IMG/VR virus record: IMGVR_UViG_3300027708_000032
Location: 1-64,000 of that record
Reading direction: 5' to 3' (one strand)
DNA: 64,000 nucleotides
DNA from: a virus
Below, piece by piece: positions 8,973-18,151 of this stretch. Both the position numbers and the translations under genes were made by a program. The stretch's first letter is position 1. Each line of letters starts with the position of its first letter. The notes beneath the pieces are model-generated. The model saw only the letters and a program-made list of their open reading frames with translations, ran no database searches and was not told where the DNA came from.

Positions 8973-9086
8973 TTAAATAGTTAGTGTGACAAATTCAGCT
9001 GTAGCTGTTGTAACATCAAATCTTACGTTTTCTGTAGACACGCTAACAGAAACATTTGTACTAGGTGTGATTGTAATAGTGTTCAT
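8973..9086 (-). CDS. 37-aa Thr/Val-rich peptide between TerL and portal
   Basis: Manual translation MNTITITPSTNVSVSVSTENVRFDVTTATAEFVTLTI fills the intergenic gap. Confidence 0.55.
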   Translation of the reverse strand: MNTITITPSTNVSVSVSTENVRFDVTTATAEFVTLTI

Positions 9087-9087
9087 T

Positions 9088-11292
9088 TTATCTCATGTTT
9101 TTAAATGCGTTACGAGAAGGTCTCATAAGACCATTACTTTTGGTAGAACTACCAATATGCCTAAATGGGCTATAGTTTAATTTACTAAATTTTTGGGAGT
9201 TAACCAAATTATCCTTCTTAACTTCTATACGTTTAGCTAGTCCTCTATTAGATTGTTGTACCTTGGCAAATGCTATAAGAGAACAGAATGCCACAAGTCT
9301 ATCCACGTTTAGTCCATCTCTGTATGCCTGCATCTCTTTAAGTAACATAACATCAGGTATACGCTGTACGCCATATATAGTTTTAACTATAGTTCCATCT
9401 GGTAAAGTTTCAGTGTCAAGCTCTTCTTGTAAAAACTCAATACCATATGATAGAATAGTACCCTTAAATAATGTACCTACGTTCTTCCAACCATACTGCT
9501 GAAATACATTTCTGTTTGCTCCTATGTCCTTGAGAAACAATATCATATCTTTTGGTACCAAATATTTCTGTCTCTTTCTAGATATCATGTATTGTATAAA
9601 CAAAGCTACGTTATTCTCCACTATAGTCCAGGCATTATACCATTCTATGAGTAGCTCTAGTCTTTCATGTGTTTTATTAATATCATCAAACCTACCACAC
9701 CATGAAGCAACTATAGCATCACGTTCTATTGTATTCTTCACCTTACCATCCCCATCATCCTGTATAATCTCCACTGGGTTTTTATATACGTATATAGAAC
9801 ATAATGAGTCTGATGTAGTAGTCTTACCCTCGCCTACGGGATCCACAGAAGCATAGTACATACCAAACGTAGGATCTTTGTGTGGTCTTTCATATACACA
9901 TATCACACCTTCTTTATCTTCTGTCTTCTTAGATATAGGAAATTCCATAATAGGAATCTTTCTAGATGGTTTGTCTATTATTTTACCCTCAGCATTTCTA
10001 CTAAGTTCTAAATATTCTACAGGATATTCTTTCTCTGCTATCCTTTGCATCTGTTTAGAAACAAGATGTGGAGGAAATACACTCACCTTTCTAGTAGCAA
10101 AAGCTTCTTCTATAGTACGTGGATGCTGAGATATGGTGAGCTGATACGCAGCTGGGTCCATATTCTTTTTAGCTTTCTCAAACTCTTCATCAAGAGCAGT
10201 TAAAGCTTCTTCCACTTTAGAGTTACCATAGTTGTCTATATATGGTGGCATAGACCACTGCTCAGGAATAAATAGTCCTGTCACACCAACACTACCATCT
10301 TTGTCTAACAGATTAGATGGCACACCATAAAAACCATTCTCTTCTGGCTGTAGTATATATTCTTTAAGAGGTTCACACTGATCAAGATCACCCACAGAAC
10401 CAGCAGCTATAAACTGTCCTGTAATCATATGACCAGATTTAAGAGCTGGTTTCATAAACCCATAAGTGTCATTCATCTTAGGAGCAATACCACCCTCTTC
10501 ATGAAAGAAATATGTTACGGGACCACCAACACCATTAGTTGGATCTTTTTCAAATGAATAAGATGATATGTTACTCTTAAGTCCTCTATATGTATCACGA
10601 TTATTTATTCTCACTTTAATACGCTGCATCCAAGCTCCCACCTTATCTGGTTCACTAGGTCTATACCAAGCAGTGTGTTCATTTAAAAAGTTCTTATATT
10701 CATCTAAGAACTTCCAGGATCCTTTCTCATTAATATAATCTTTCAAACTAGCTCCTATCTTTAACACGGCACCTTCTTCAAACCAATACTGGTTTATAAG
10801 CTTACCCATATGAAAATAAGAAGAAGCTATCTGACGTTTCTTTAAAATTACAGCATGCTTCCAATGTAGTTCTGCCAAGTGTTCATATAGAGCCATGTGA
10901 TATTGTGCATCTCTCACCTTAGCAAAGTCAAACCTCTTTTCTTCCTTATCATAAATAGGAAGAAAGTTAAGCCACATGTAATAGTCTCTACTAAGAAACC
11001 ATGACTTATCATTGTTCTTAATAATTACACCCTTACGACATTTATTCTTTTGATCATCCCAATAAGCTATAAAGTCTTTAGTTTTTACAGGAGCATCACA
11101 GTAATACTTTTGTTTCTGAAACTTTCTAGCCTCAGCATTAAATATTAAAGAACTTTCGTCAAACTCATACTTCCCTGGTTCTTTAAATATAGATAATAGA
11201 AAGTCTCTGAACTCTTCCCTTGTTTGAAACTCAGTAGTAGTCCAGAGACCATTCTCGTATGTAGGAACCTCTATAAAATTATTACTCAACAT
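9088..11292 (-). CDS. terL: terminase large subunit
   Basis: Walker A variant LKKRQIASS; Walker B FFHEEGG; RNase H-like YASVDPVGEG, IVENN, NVDRLVA. Confidence 0.9.
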   Translation of the reverse strand: MLSNNFIEVPTYENGLWTTTEFQTREEFRDFLLSIFKEPGKYEFDESSLIFNAEARKFQKQKYYCDAPVKTKDFIAYWDDQKNKCRKGVIIKNNDKSWFLSRDYYMWLNFLPIYDKEEKRFDFAKVRDAQYHMALYEHLAELHWKHAVILKKRQIASSYFHMGKLINQYWFEEGAVLKIGASLKDYINEKGSWKFLDEYKNFLNEHTAWYRPSEPDKVGAWMQRIKVRINNRDTYRGLKSNISSYSFEKDPTNGVGGPVTYFFHEEGGIAPKMNDTYGFMKPALKSGHMITGQFIAAGSVGDLDQCEPLKEYILQPEENGFYGVPSNLLDKDGSVGVTGLFIPEQWSMPPYIDNYGNSKVEEALTALDEEFEKAKKNMDPAAYQLTISQHPRTIEEAFATRKVSVFPPHLVSKQMQRIAEKEYPVEYLELSRNAEGKIIDKPSRKIPIMEFPISKKTEDKEGVICVYERPHKDPTFGMYYASVDPVGEGKTTTSDSLCSIYVYKNPVEIIQDDGDGKVKNTIERDAIVASWCGRFDDINKTHERLELLIEWYNAWTIVENNVALFIQYMISRKRQKYLVPKDMILFLKDIGANRNVFQQYGWKNVGTLFKGTILSYGIEFLQEELDTETLPDGTIVKTIYGVQRIPDVMLLKEMQAYRDGLNVDRLVAFCSLIAFAKVQQSNRGLAKRIEVKKDNLVNSQKFSKLNYSPFRHIGSSTKSNGLMRPSRNAFKNMR

Positions 11293-12351
11293 TTATTTTT
11301 TAAAATACTCCACCCAAATATTTTCAGCCTTTTGAGAATGTTTAACCAATCCCTTAAAATTAACTTCAACATTTCTTCTAGGCACTCTGTATGTTTTATT
11401 CAATACGTCTGTTATATCTGATGTATCATTAGGATCAGCAGTGTATACATTACCTAACCATTGTATTTCAGAAGTACCAATTGTTGGTACACCTTGGCTA
11501 ACAAGATCAGCACACACTATATTAAATGTTTCTGAAAATGAACATTGCATACCTAAGTCCATGGTTCCACATAAAGCTACAAATTCTTCTTTGGTATACC
11601 AAGAATGTTCTACAAGTCTATGTCCTTTGTCTTTAATAGACTCAAAAAAGTTTTGTATATTTCTAAGAACAGCTTCACCTCTTTGTTCCACTCTAGATGA
11701 GTTAATATGAAACACCACTTTCTTCTTAGCCTTTTCTGCAAACATCACTGCAGCAACTGCTTGTGTAAGCTGATTTTTCATAGGACGTATAGCTCCAAAA
11801 CAAGCAACGTTTATTTCATCAGATGAGAATGTATAATCTTTTTTAGGAAGAGTGGTGGTTGGATAGTAGTTAGGAAGATAGACAAGATTATCATCTACCA
11901 CATCATCTTCTATGTCTTGTTTATGTCTAAGTATAAATGCAAGTTCTCTAAATAATCTTTTAGAGTTTACAATAACCATTACATTAGGATTCTCTATATA
12001 TGCAGCAATCCACTCCATGGCCACACCTTCATTAGCTAAGAATGGTAGGTCACTATGTAAATGTACATACCATTTAATAGTAGGGTGAATAGTAGATAGT
12101 TGTTTAAACTTTACAGGCACAACCCACAATGCTTCTATAATAACATCTGTTGGTTTATATTCTGTAACTTCTTTATTTATACTATTATTATCTTTTACTA
12201 CAACAAGCTTAGCTTCTATGCCATTTTTATTTAGCATATCTACCACGTACTGCGTAGAGTTAAGAAGTCCTGTTGCAAAGTTCACCTGACCAGTGGTGGT
12301 ATCAGATCCATAGTCAAATCTTTCTTTCAGAATAAATAAAATCTTTTTCAT
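11293..12351 (-). CDS. GT-B fold glycosyltransferase (GT4-like)
   Basis: FGAIRPMKNQ and SFSETFNIVCADLVSQGVPTI motifs. Confidence 0.75.
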   Translation of the reverse strand: MKKILFILKERFDYGSDTTTGQVNFATGLLNSTQYVVDMLNKNGIEAKLVVVKDNNSINKEVTEYKPTDVIIEALWVVPVKFKQLSTIHPTIKWYVHLHSDLPFLANEGVAMEWIAAYIENPNVMVIVNSKRLFRELAFILRHKQDIEDDVVDDNLVYLPNYYPTTTLPKKDYTFSSDEINVACFGAIRPMKNQLTQAVAAVMFAEKAKKKVVFHINSSRVEQRGEAVLRNIQNFFESIKDKGHRLVEHSWYTKEEFVALCGTMDLGMQCSFSETFNIVCADLVSQGVPTIGTSEIQWLGNVYTADPNDTSDITDVLNKTYRVPRRNVEVNFKGLVKHSQKAENIWVEYFKK

Positions 12352-12370
12352 TGTTTTATAGGGGTTTAAA

Positions 12371-12883
12371 TTATTGATCGTAAGCTAAGTTTTGTCCACC
12401 ACGCACGCTTGACTGCTGCTCTTCCATAAGGTCTCTATATACACCTTTAAATGATTGACGTACACCATCATACTTCTCAGCCATTCTTAGTAGTGCAGGA
12501 CTAGATCCATCTCTACCAAAGGTGAGTTGTTCTGTTGCCATACTCTTAGCCATGTTGTCTAAGAATATCTTAATACCAAGGTATGCCCTATATGTAGGTG
12601 TTTGATACATCTTCTCACACATCTTTAATCCATGCATAATAGACTCTTCATCTATGCTAAAGTCTGCATCTATTTCTTTAAGAATGATTTCTTCTTTGTC
12701 TGTTTCTGGAATATCAAAGAAAGGGTTCATGTCTGGGTTGGGACATGTCATGTAGAATAAATATGTGTATATCTTTAAATGATCTTCTGGAAACTCATCC
12801 ATTATATCTTTAAGAAACTTTAGTGTATAACAATGTTCACTAGCTATCACTTTACCACCCTGTATATCAAAAAGTCTTATCAT
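12371..12883 (-). CDS. conserved crAss-like protein upstream of TerL
   Basis: Likely start MIRLFDIQ (12883) avoids overlap; C-terminal VRGG motif. Confidence 0.55.
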   Translation of the reverse strand: MIRLFDIQGGKVIASEHCYTLKFLKDIMDEFPEDHLKIYTYLFYMTCPNPDMNPFFDIPETDKEEIILKEIDADFSIDEESIMHGLKMCEKMYQTPTYRAYLGIKIFLDNMAKSMATEQLTFGRDGSSPALLRMAEKYDGVRQSFKGVYRDLMEEQQSSVRGGQNLAYDQ

Positions 12884-12884
12884 G

Positions 12885-13109
12885 TTATTTACTATTACGT
12901 AATAAATCTCTGCTAGATCTCTTGCCCATATTCTTAAGAAGCATTTGGTTCTTAAGTTCATGGTCATGTATCCAGCTTACTATGTTTTTATATTTGTGTG
13001 CTTCTGTCATATAATACTTACGAGCTGAGTTTCCCACTTCTATTTTACCAGCTTCAAATTCATTCAGAAGTTCTTCTAATGTTGGAATATTATTTTTTTG
13101 AATATTCAT
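12885..13109 (-). CDS. hypothetical protein
   Basis: ORF track; packed in operon. Confidence 0.55.
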   Translation of the reverse strand: MNIQKNNIPTLEELLNEFEAGKIEVGNSARKYYMTEAHKYKNIVSWIHDHELKNQMLLKNMGKRSSRDLLRNSK

Positions 13110-13743
13110 ATTCTAATATTTTACCTACTAAATCTGATCTATGATTATGCTTAAGTTTTATCCATTTAATCTCTTCTATTTTTTTAGATAGGTCTATAAT
13201 ATAAGATAAGCCATTATATGGATCTTTTATATCTTTTTGTTCATTATCTCCATTAATAATTATTCTTCCTGATCTCCCCAGACGGGTGAGAATAGCCAAC
13301 ATCTCAGCTTTAGTAAGATTTTGTGCTTCTTCAACGATAAGAATATCATCAACCGTTTTGCCCCTGATAAACTGTACAGGAAGAGCAACCACTTTTTTAT
13401 CAAGAATAATCTGTTGAATTTTAACTTTGTCATAGCACTTAATTAAGTTTTCCTGAAATGCTTCTAGATAAGGATCAAACTTATCATTTAAACTACCAGG
13501 TAGAAAACCTAAACTATGTCCCACCTCAACTGCTGCTCTTGTAACTAATATTTGACTATACTCTTTTTTAAAGAGGAAATCTAGTGCACATTGTGCAGAC
13601 ACCAAACTTTTACCACAACCAGCTCTACCAGTGATAACAACAATCTGATTATCGAGGATGAGTCGTTTAACTTCCTTTTGTTCGTCATTAAGCTGTATAT
13701 TATATTTAATATCATTCTTAAGAACTTTTTTTTCTTTTTCCAT
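13090..13743 (-). CDS. phoH: PhoH-family ATPase
   Basis: GRAGCGKS Walker A, LGFLPG, FIRGKT, EEAQN, LTRLG, GDNEQKD, RSDLV. Confidence 0.92.
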   Translation of the reverse strand: MEKEKKVLKNDIKYNIQLNDEQKEVKRLILDNQIVVITGRAGCGKSLVSAQCALDFLFKKEYSQILVTRAAVEVGHSLGFLPGSLNDKFDPYLEAFQENLIKCYDKVKIQQIILDKKVVALPVQFIRGKTVDDILIVEEAQNLTKAEMLAILTRLGRSGRIIINGDNEQKDIKDPYNGLSYIIDLSKKIEEIKWIKLKHNHRSDLVGKILEYEYSKK

Positions 13744-14027
13744 TATACTTTTTTTAAAAAATCCATATTATGTTTAGCATCTTTAGGTAGTTTTGTCACT
13801 CTATCTGACCAGTCAGATTTATCTATATCATACCCATTACCATTCATAGGATTGTCATACATTCTTATATCATCACTATAAAAGTGTTTTATATGACCAC
13901 CAGGTAGTCTAACTACCCACACAGTATTTACATTTAGTCCATAGTCTATAATCATTATAGCCTCACCATCTCCATGATCTTTACATACCACTGGTATTGT
14001 AGGATTTAGTTGTAATATCATAATCAT
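13743..14027 (-). CDS. hypothetical phage protein
   Basis: ORF track; LQLNPTIPV...IIDYG...WVV pattern seen in environmental phages. Confidence 0.6.
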   Translation of the reverse strand: MIMILQLNPTIPVVCKDHGDGEAIMIIDYGLNVNTVWVVRLPGGHIKHFYSDDIRMYDNPMNGNGYDIDKSDWSDRVTKLPKDAKHNMDFLKKV

Positions 14028-14860
14028 TTTGCTTTTATTTTACTTCTATTATCTTCTAACCAATGTATTACAGCAATTGCTTCCTGCTTTAAATATGGTA
14101 GGTCATACTGCACTATATCTGTGACAATAGGATTACCATGAGTATCACGAGCAGATATAGGATTATTAAAAACATCTCTACCTGCTTCTTCGAACAGTAT
14201 GTGATGAATTGTAAGAATGCCAGGGCTAAGCTTAGGATTGTGCTTAAGAATAATATACATATACATGCTAAGCTGAAGAGCATAATGGTTAAGATGACAA
14301 TCGTCCAAGTGAGACACTGGACCAGACATCTTCTGTGTTTTTCCTTCCCAGTTTGTAAAACCTTCAACTTTAATCTCTTTATTAGTTTTATAATCTGTTA
14401 TGTGCACCACCCCGTTCACCACCTCTACCAAATCAGACTGACCACATACGCCAGCAGATCTGAGGTACACCATATGTTCTGGATAGACACCATCTTTAAG
14501 TTTTTGTTCTGGTGAGTATTTAATACCCTCTTTCTCTATGGGTTTAAATATAGGAATAGTGAACCCGTGTCTTTCCATATTCTCTATCTCACATATATCA
14601 GTCTCACGTTGGTTATGATACCATGTACCAAGATCAGTGGCTCTCTTAGCCTCACTTTTCCAGGCTTCCTTAATATCTTCTGGTGTCATACCATACCACT
14701 TACTCTTTTTATTTTTAGAAGACTTCACTGCTATAGTGTCTGCGTCAAATGGTTGTTTAAAATTAGAAATCAAACTTGTCACACTCAGCCAATCTTTCTC
14801 ATCTTCTGGTTTAATACTTATATACTTGTGATTGTGTGGTGTGAATTTTAAAAGTGTCAT
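14024..14860 (-). CDS. PD-(D/E)XK exonuclease
   Basis: SVTSLI, GTWYH, CGQSDLV...ITDYKT, YALQLSMY motifs. Confidence 0.8.
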   Translation of the reverse strand: MTLLKFTPHNHKYISIKPEDEKDWLSVTSLISNFKQPFDADTIAVKSSKNKKSKWYGMTPEDIKEAWKSEAKRATDLGTWYHNQRETDICEIENMERHGFTIPIFKPIEKEGIKYSPEQKLKDGVYPEHMVYLRSAGVCGQSDLVEVVNGVVHITDYKTNKEIKVEGFTNWEGKTQKMSGPVSHLDDCHLNHYALQLSMYMYIILKHNPKLSPGILTIHHILFEEAGRDVFNNPISARDTHGNPIVTDIVQYDLPYLKQEAIAVIHWLEDNRSKIKAK

Positions 14861-15183
14861 ATGTTTAATTTTTGATTTATTGCATCTTCCTCTTCCTGTG
14901 TAAGTTCAGCTTTCCAATGTCCCATTGGACAATCAGCTGATAAAGATCTAGTTTTAAATCCTAGACTACACCCACATCCTCCTTTATCTTGATTGCAACA
15001 AGGAGATGTTCCTACCACCATACATCCTTTATCATCTTCAGTGTACAAATCACAAAAATGACAAATACTCATTCTAGCTTCTGCAATCTCTTCTACATGT
15101 TCCTTCTTAAATACACTATTCTTCACTCCCTCCAGTATCTGTCCCTTTGCTTTCCAAATCTGTATTATGTTTTTTAGATTCAT
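14857..15183 (-). CDS. Cys-rich Zn-binding protein
   Basis: RMSICHFC...C...CC...CGC...CP..HW. Confidence 0.6.
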   Translation of the reverse strand: MNLKNIIQIWKAKGQILEGVKNSVFKKEHVEEIAEARMSICHFCDLYTEDDKGCMVVGTSPCCNQDKGGCGCSLGFKTRSLSADCPMGHWKAELTQEEEDAINQKLNI

Positions 15184-15538
15184 TCTTGTGTAGTTTTATA
15201 AAATCTTTACGTTGGTTTTCTTCTTCTACAATCTTCTTTAAGTTCTTTAGATCAAACAAACTCTCAGCTGTTTTAAACCTAGCTGTTATTTGTTGCATTC
15301 CTTTTAGTTTATTACTCTCCTCCCACTTCTCTAGCATCTCTATCTTCTCATCTATCTTCCAATGTTTTGTCACAAAATCTCCAAGATTTGTGACATGTAT
15401 TCTGCTGTGAGATAGACCAGACAAACTTTTGCGTATTTCTCTCCAGTAGTAGAGAATAACATCCTCAGCTAATTCTACAGACACATCTGCTTTATTAGCT
15501 ATGATTGGTATGAACTCTTTAGACTTCCTGGGTCGCAA
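15116..15538 (-). CDS. HU/IHF-like DNA-binding protein
   Basis: KEFIPIIANKADVSVELAEDVI...IHVTNLGDF matches the HU/IHF N-terminal pattern; IHF-like genes are usual in this crAss block. Confidence 0.6.
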   Translation of the reverse strand: MRPRKSKEFIPIIANKADVSVELAEDVILYYWREIRKSLSGLSHSRIHVTNLGDFVTKHWKIDEKIEMLEKWEESNKLKGMQQITARFKTAESLFDLKNLKKIVEEENQRKDFIKLHKNESKKHNTDLESKGTDTGGSEE

Positions 15539-15890
15539 TGCTTAAAAATTTATAATCTAAAAAAATGTTCCCCTTAGAGAACACTTTTAAATCTGGATGG
15601 ATGAATATCTTTTTACGGTTCTTTCCTTCCTTCTTTATAAGATGTTTCTTCTCAGCTTTAGTGAGACAGTTACGCACACTCTGTATAGAACTAAATATAT
15701 GTTGGCCATGAGCCTTACTACAGAAAGCAGTTAGTTCTTGGTCTCCCTCTAAAGCCAAATAAGTGAGACAGTTTAAATCTGCCTCACTTACGGATATCTT
15801 GTTTAGATAGCAGTGTGTTAGTATTTGATACTTTACAATATCAAACCTATCCATTTTAACACGTTTATCTATTTGGTTTACTAAAGCCAT
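15519..15890 (-). CDS. putative winged-helix DNA-binding protein
   Basis: SIQSVRNCLTKAEKKHLIKK pattern. Confidence 0.45.
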   Translation of the reverse strand: MALVNQIDKRVKMDRFDIVKYQILTHCYLNKISVSEADLNCLTYLALEGDQELTAFCSKAHGQHIFSSIQSVRNCLTKAEKKHLIKKEGKNRKKIFIHPDLKVFSKGNIFLDYKFLSIATQEV

Positions 15891-16234
15891 TATTTATCTT
15901 TTTTTAAACCCCTTGCTTTAGGAGCTTCTGTTTTTTCTACTAACACTTCGTCACCCACCTTAAACCCTTGTTCAGCTATTTCAGGATTGGCATCCATGTC
16001 TTCCTGTGTAATAACATGAGGCTGAGCATTAGCTGGTGGCTGGGGATTAGTAATCTGAGCTATAAAGCTAAGAGCCTTAAGCTCATCTGCTCTGTACGTA
16101 GCTAGCTTAGTGTTAATCTCCTGAAGTTCTAGCTGTACTTTTTTAACTTCAATCTGTTCTTGTAAAAACTTAATCACCTCTTCTTTAGACGGTGGTGTTT
16201 GAACTGGTTCTTGAGCTGTCGTTTGTTCTGACAT
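15890..16234 (-). CDS. hypothetical coiled-coil protein
   Basis: ORF track; TAATG coupling. Confidence 0.6.
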   Translation of the reverse strand: MSEQTTAQEPVQTPPSKEEVIKFLQEQIEVKKVQLELQEINTKLATYRADELKALSFIAQITNPQPPANAQPHVITQEDMDANPEIAEQGFKVGDEVLVEKTEAPKARGLKKDK

Positions 16235-16253
16235 AATTATTGGTTTTATTGGT

Positions 16254-16562
16254 TTATAATTCTAAATCATTTTCATCAGAGATGTCATCTTCTCTATCAA
16301 GAATACTAAAGTTGTTCCACTGTGTAAACTTCTTAAAGAACTCTTGAGGATCAGTATCTATAATATACGTATCACCACCCCTAGTAAATATAGTGGTGCA
16401 GTTGTATGTTGGAGAGTCTAGCTCATCAGAGCTGAGCTTGGCTGCCTCCACCATATCCATGTCAAATATAAATGGTAACCATTTACCATTATCTTCTATG
16501 CCCAAAGCGTCCATGTCTTTAATGTTCATACTGTGGCATTGTACTTTACATTCGTGTATCAT
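16254..16562 (-). CDS. hypothetical protein
   Basis: Likely start MIHECKVQ (16562), just after the upstream stop. Confidence 0.6.
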   Translation of the reverse strand: MIHECKVQCHSMNIKDMDALGIEDNGKWLPFIFDMDMVEAAKLSSDELDSPTYNCTTIFTRGGDTYIIDTDPQEFFKKFTQWNNFSILDREDDISDENDLEL

Positions 16563-16563
16563 A

Positions 16564-16794
16564 TTATATATGTTGTTTAGGTTTTTGTGATCTATGGTAT
16601 TCTGTATAGTTGATGTATTTAGAACGGTTGGTTGACTTTTCCATTTGATAAGCCATAGCTCTATAGGTCCAACCATCTCTAACGTCTACGACAGGGACTA
16701 CTACTTCTTGACCATACTTGTTTGTAGATATTCTATAATGGGATAGGAGCTCTTCTCCTTCGTCAGTGGTTAGATGTTTAATAGTTGGTTTCAT
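16564..16794 (-). CDS. hypothetical protein
   Basis: ATG directly preceded by GTATATTATATT motif. Confidence 0.5.
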   Translation of the reverse strand: MKPTIKHLTTDEGEELLSHYRISTNKYGQEVVVPVVDVRDGWTYRAMAYQMEKSTNRSKYINYTEYHRSQKPKQHI

Positions 16795-16806
16795 AATATA
16801 ATATAC
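16795..16806 (-). promoter_or_regulatory. candidate late-promoter motif GTATATTATATT
   Basis: Identical 12-mer also at 17397 and 50401, each heading minus-strand late genes. Confidence 0.55.
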
Positions 16807-16891
16807 TTTAAATGTTTAAACTTGCCAAATTTAATTTATTATATTATTCTAAAGATTATAACTTATCAACACTATGTTTATAAAACACAAA

Positions 16892-16913
16892 GCCCTTAGA
16901 TTTCTCTAAGGGC
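16892..16913. terminator. hairpin (GAAA loop on minus strand)
   Basis: GCCCTTAGA-TTTC-TCTAAGGGC downstream of 16943..17380. Confidence 0.6.
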
Positions 16914-16942
16914 CTTGTTATATATTTCATAGGAATTTTATA

Positions 16943-17380
16943 TTAACACCAATTTGTTCCATTTATAACTCCATTAGTAACCTCACCACCAGTTAATCCA
17001 AGCTTAGTTAAATAGAATATACCATCTTCTAACACTATATGACCCATACCACCTAGTCTAGTGTTAAGAGCATTTAATAATGCACCTATAGTGTTATCTG
17101 CATTAAGTGGAGCAATAGCTGTACTAAAAGTTAAACTGGTACCTCCTAGGCTTCCATCAAAATTAGTATCTATTGTAAGTTCTATGTTATCTGCATTTAC
17201 TAAAGTGTTCATCTTTGCACCACCTCTTACAGATAATGCACCTTGTGCAGTTAGTGCGTATTTAATATTAGTGGGAACATTAAAATTTATATACTCACCT
17301 ACAGCAGGTTTCTTCTCTACTATAGAAGCACCCACTACAGGCTTAGCTCCTTTGCTCTTTTTTACAAAAAATGTTTTCAT
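16943..17380 (-). CDS. putative virion/decoration protein
   Basis: Gly/Thr/Asn-rich; own late-type motif and terminator; N-terminus resembles that of the LCIB protein. Confidence 0.5.
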   Translation of the reverse strand: MKTFFVKKSKGAKPVVGASIVEKKPAVGEYINFNVPTNIKYALTAQGALSVRGGAKMNTLVNADNIELTIDTNFDGSLGGTSLTFSTAIAPLNADNTIGALLNALNTRLGGMGHIVLEDGIFYLTKLGLTGGEVTNGVINGTNWC

Positions 17381-17396
17381 GTCTTATTTAGTTTAT

Positions 17397-17408
17397 AATA
17401 TAATATAC
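17397..17408 (-). promoter_or_regulatory. candidate late-promoter motif GTATATTATATT
   Basis: Exact copy 16 nt upstream of the ATG at 17380. Confidence 0.55.
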
Positions 17409-17552
17409 AATATTTCTCTGTGGTTTTAAAAAATATTTTTCTACCCCCTAGAAAATATAGCGTGTTACAGAATGTGGTTACCTATCCCTGAACCAGCCCT
17501 ACCCTGAATTTGCAGACACGGTACCCCCGTCAAAACCTGCAACAAACATATT

Positions 17553-17870
17553 ATGTCAGAACATTTAAAACAAACTGCAGTAACCTTTAAAGGTTCATTA
17601 ACTCGTCAAAAAGTTCAAGACGGTGTTGTAGTACTCTACTATCGTAACACTTTTAACATTGACGGTAAAACTCACGCTGTGTCGTCACCCGTTGACTTAG
17701 CGGGATTAGACGGAATGGTTCAGTTCGTTAAGAAAGGCGAACCACACCCTTCGGGCACGGGAACTGTAGCTCAAGATGCTTACTCTCTTGTCGAAGTAGT
17801 AAGCATTCAGTCTTTACGTAACCGTACTGAAACTCTTAAGCTTAAGCGTGAAGCTGAAGCATTAGGTTAA
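17553..17870 (+). CDS. hypothetical protein, first gene of plus-strand block
   Basis: 105 aa; distinct codon usage (CGT, TCG, GAC); followed by terminator. Confidence 0.7.
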   Translation: MSEHLKQTAVTFKGSLTRQKVQDGVVVLYYRNTFNIDGKTHAVSSPVDLAGLDGMVQFVKKGEPHPSGTGTVAQDAYSLVEVVSIQSLRNRTETLKLKREAEALG

Positions 17871-17872
17871 TT

Positions 17873-17898
17873 GAAAGGGCTAATGCCCTTTCTTTTTT
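17873..17898 (+). terminator. intrinsic terminator
   Basis: GAAAGGGC-TAAT-GCCCTTTC followed by T-tract. Confidence 0.8.
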
Positions 17899-18151
17899 AT
17901 TATATATACACAACATTACCATACAATCCGCAGATAATCAATGAGTTATGTGTGTCTATATGTGTAGTAGACAACCAACACATCTTTTCTTAAACTATTT
18001 CTATTTAGCTATACAGACCATTTTGGGTCGGATCAGATAGCTATAACTCTTATGTGTTCCTTTCAGAGAGTATAAACAAATGATAAATAACAGAAGGGCA
18101 TGGTAGCTCAACCTTAAAGAGTATGTCTCTCTATAACAGACAACAACAGTT

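Noticed and set aside
9088-11292. Intron or intein in terL (also checked polB, dnaB, MCP)
   Set aside because: Continuous ORFs of expected size; no intein splice motifs or LAGLIDADG blocks seen
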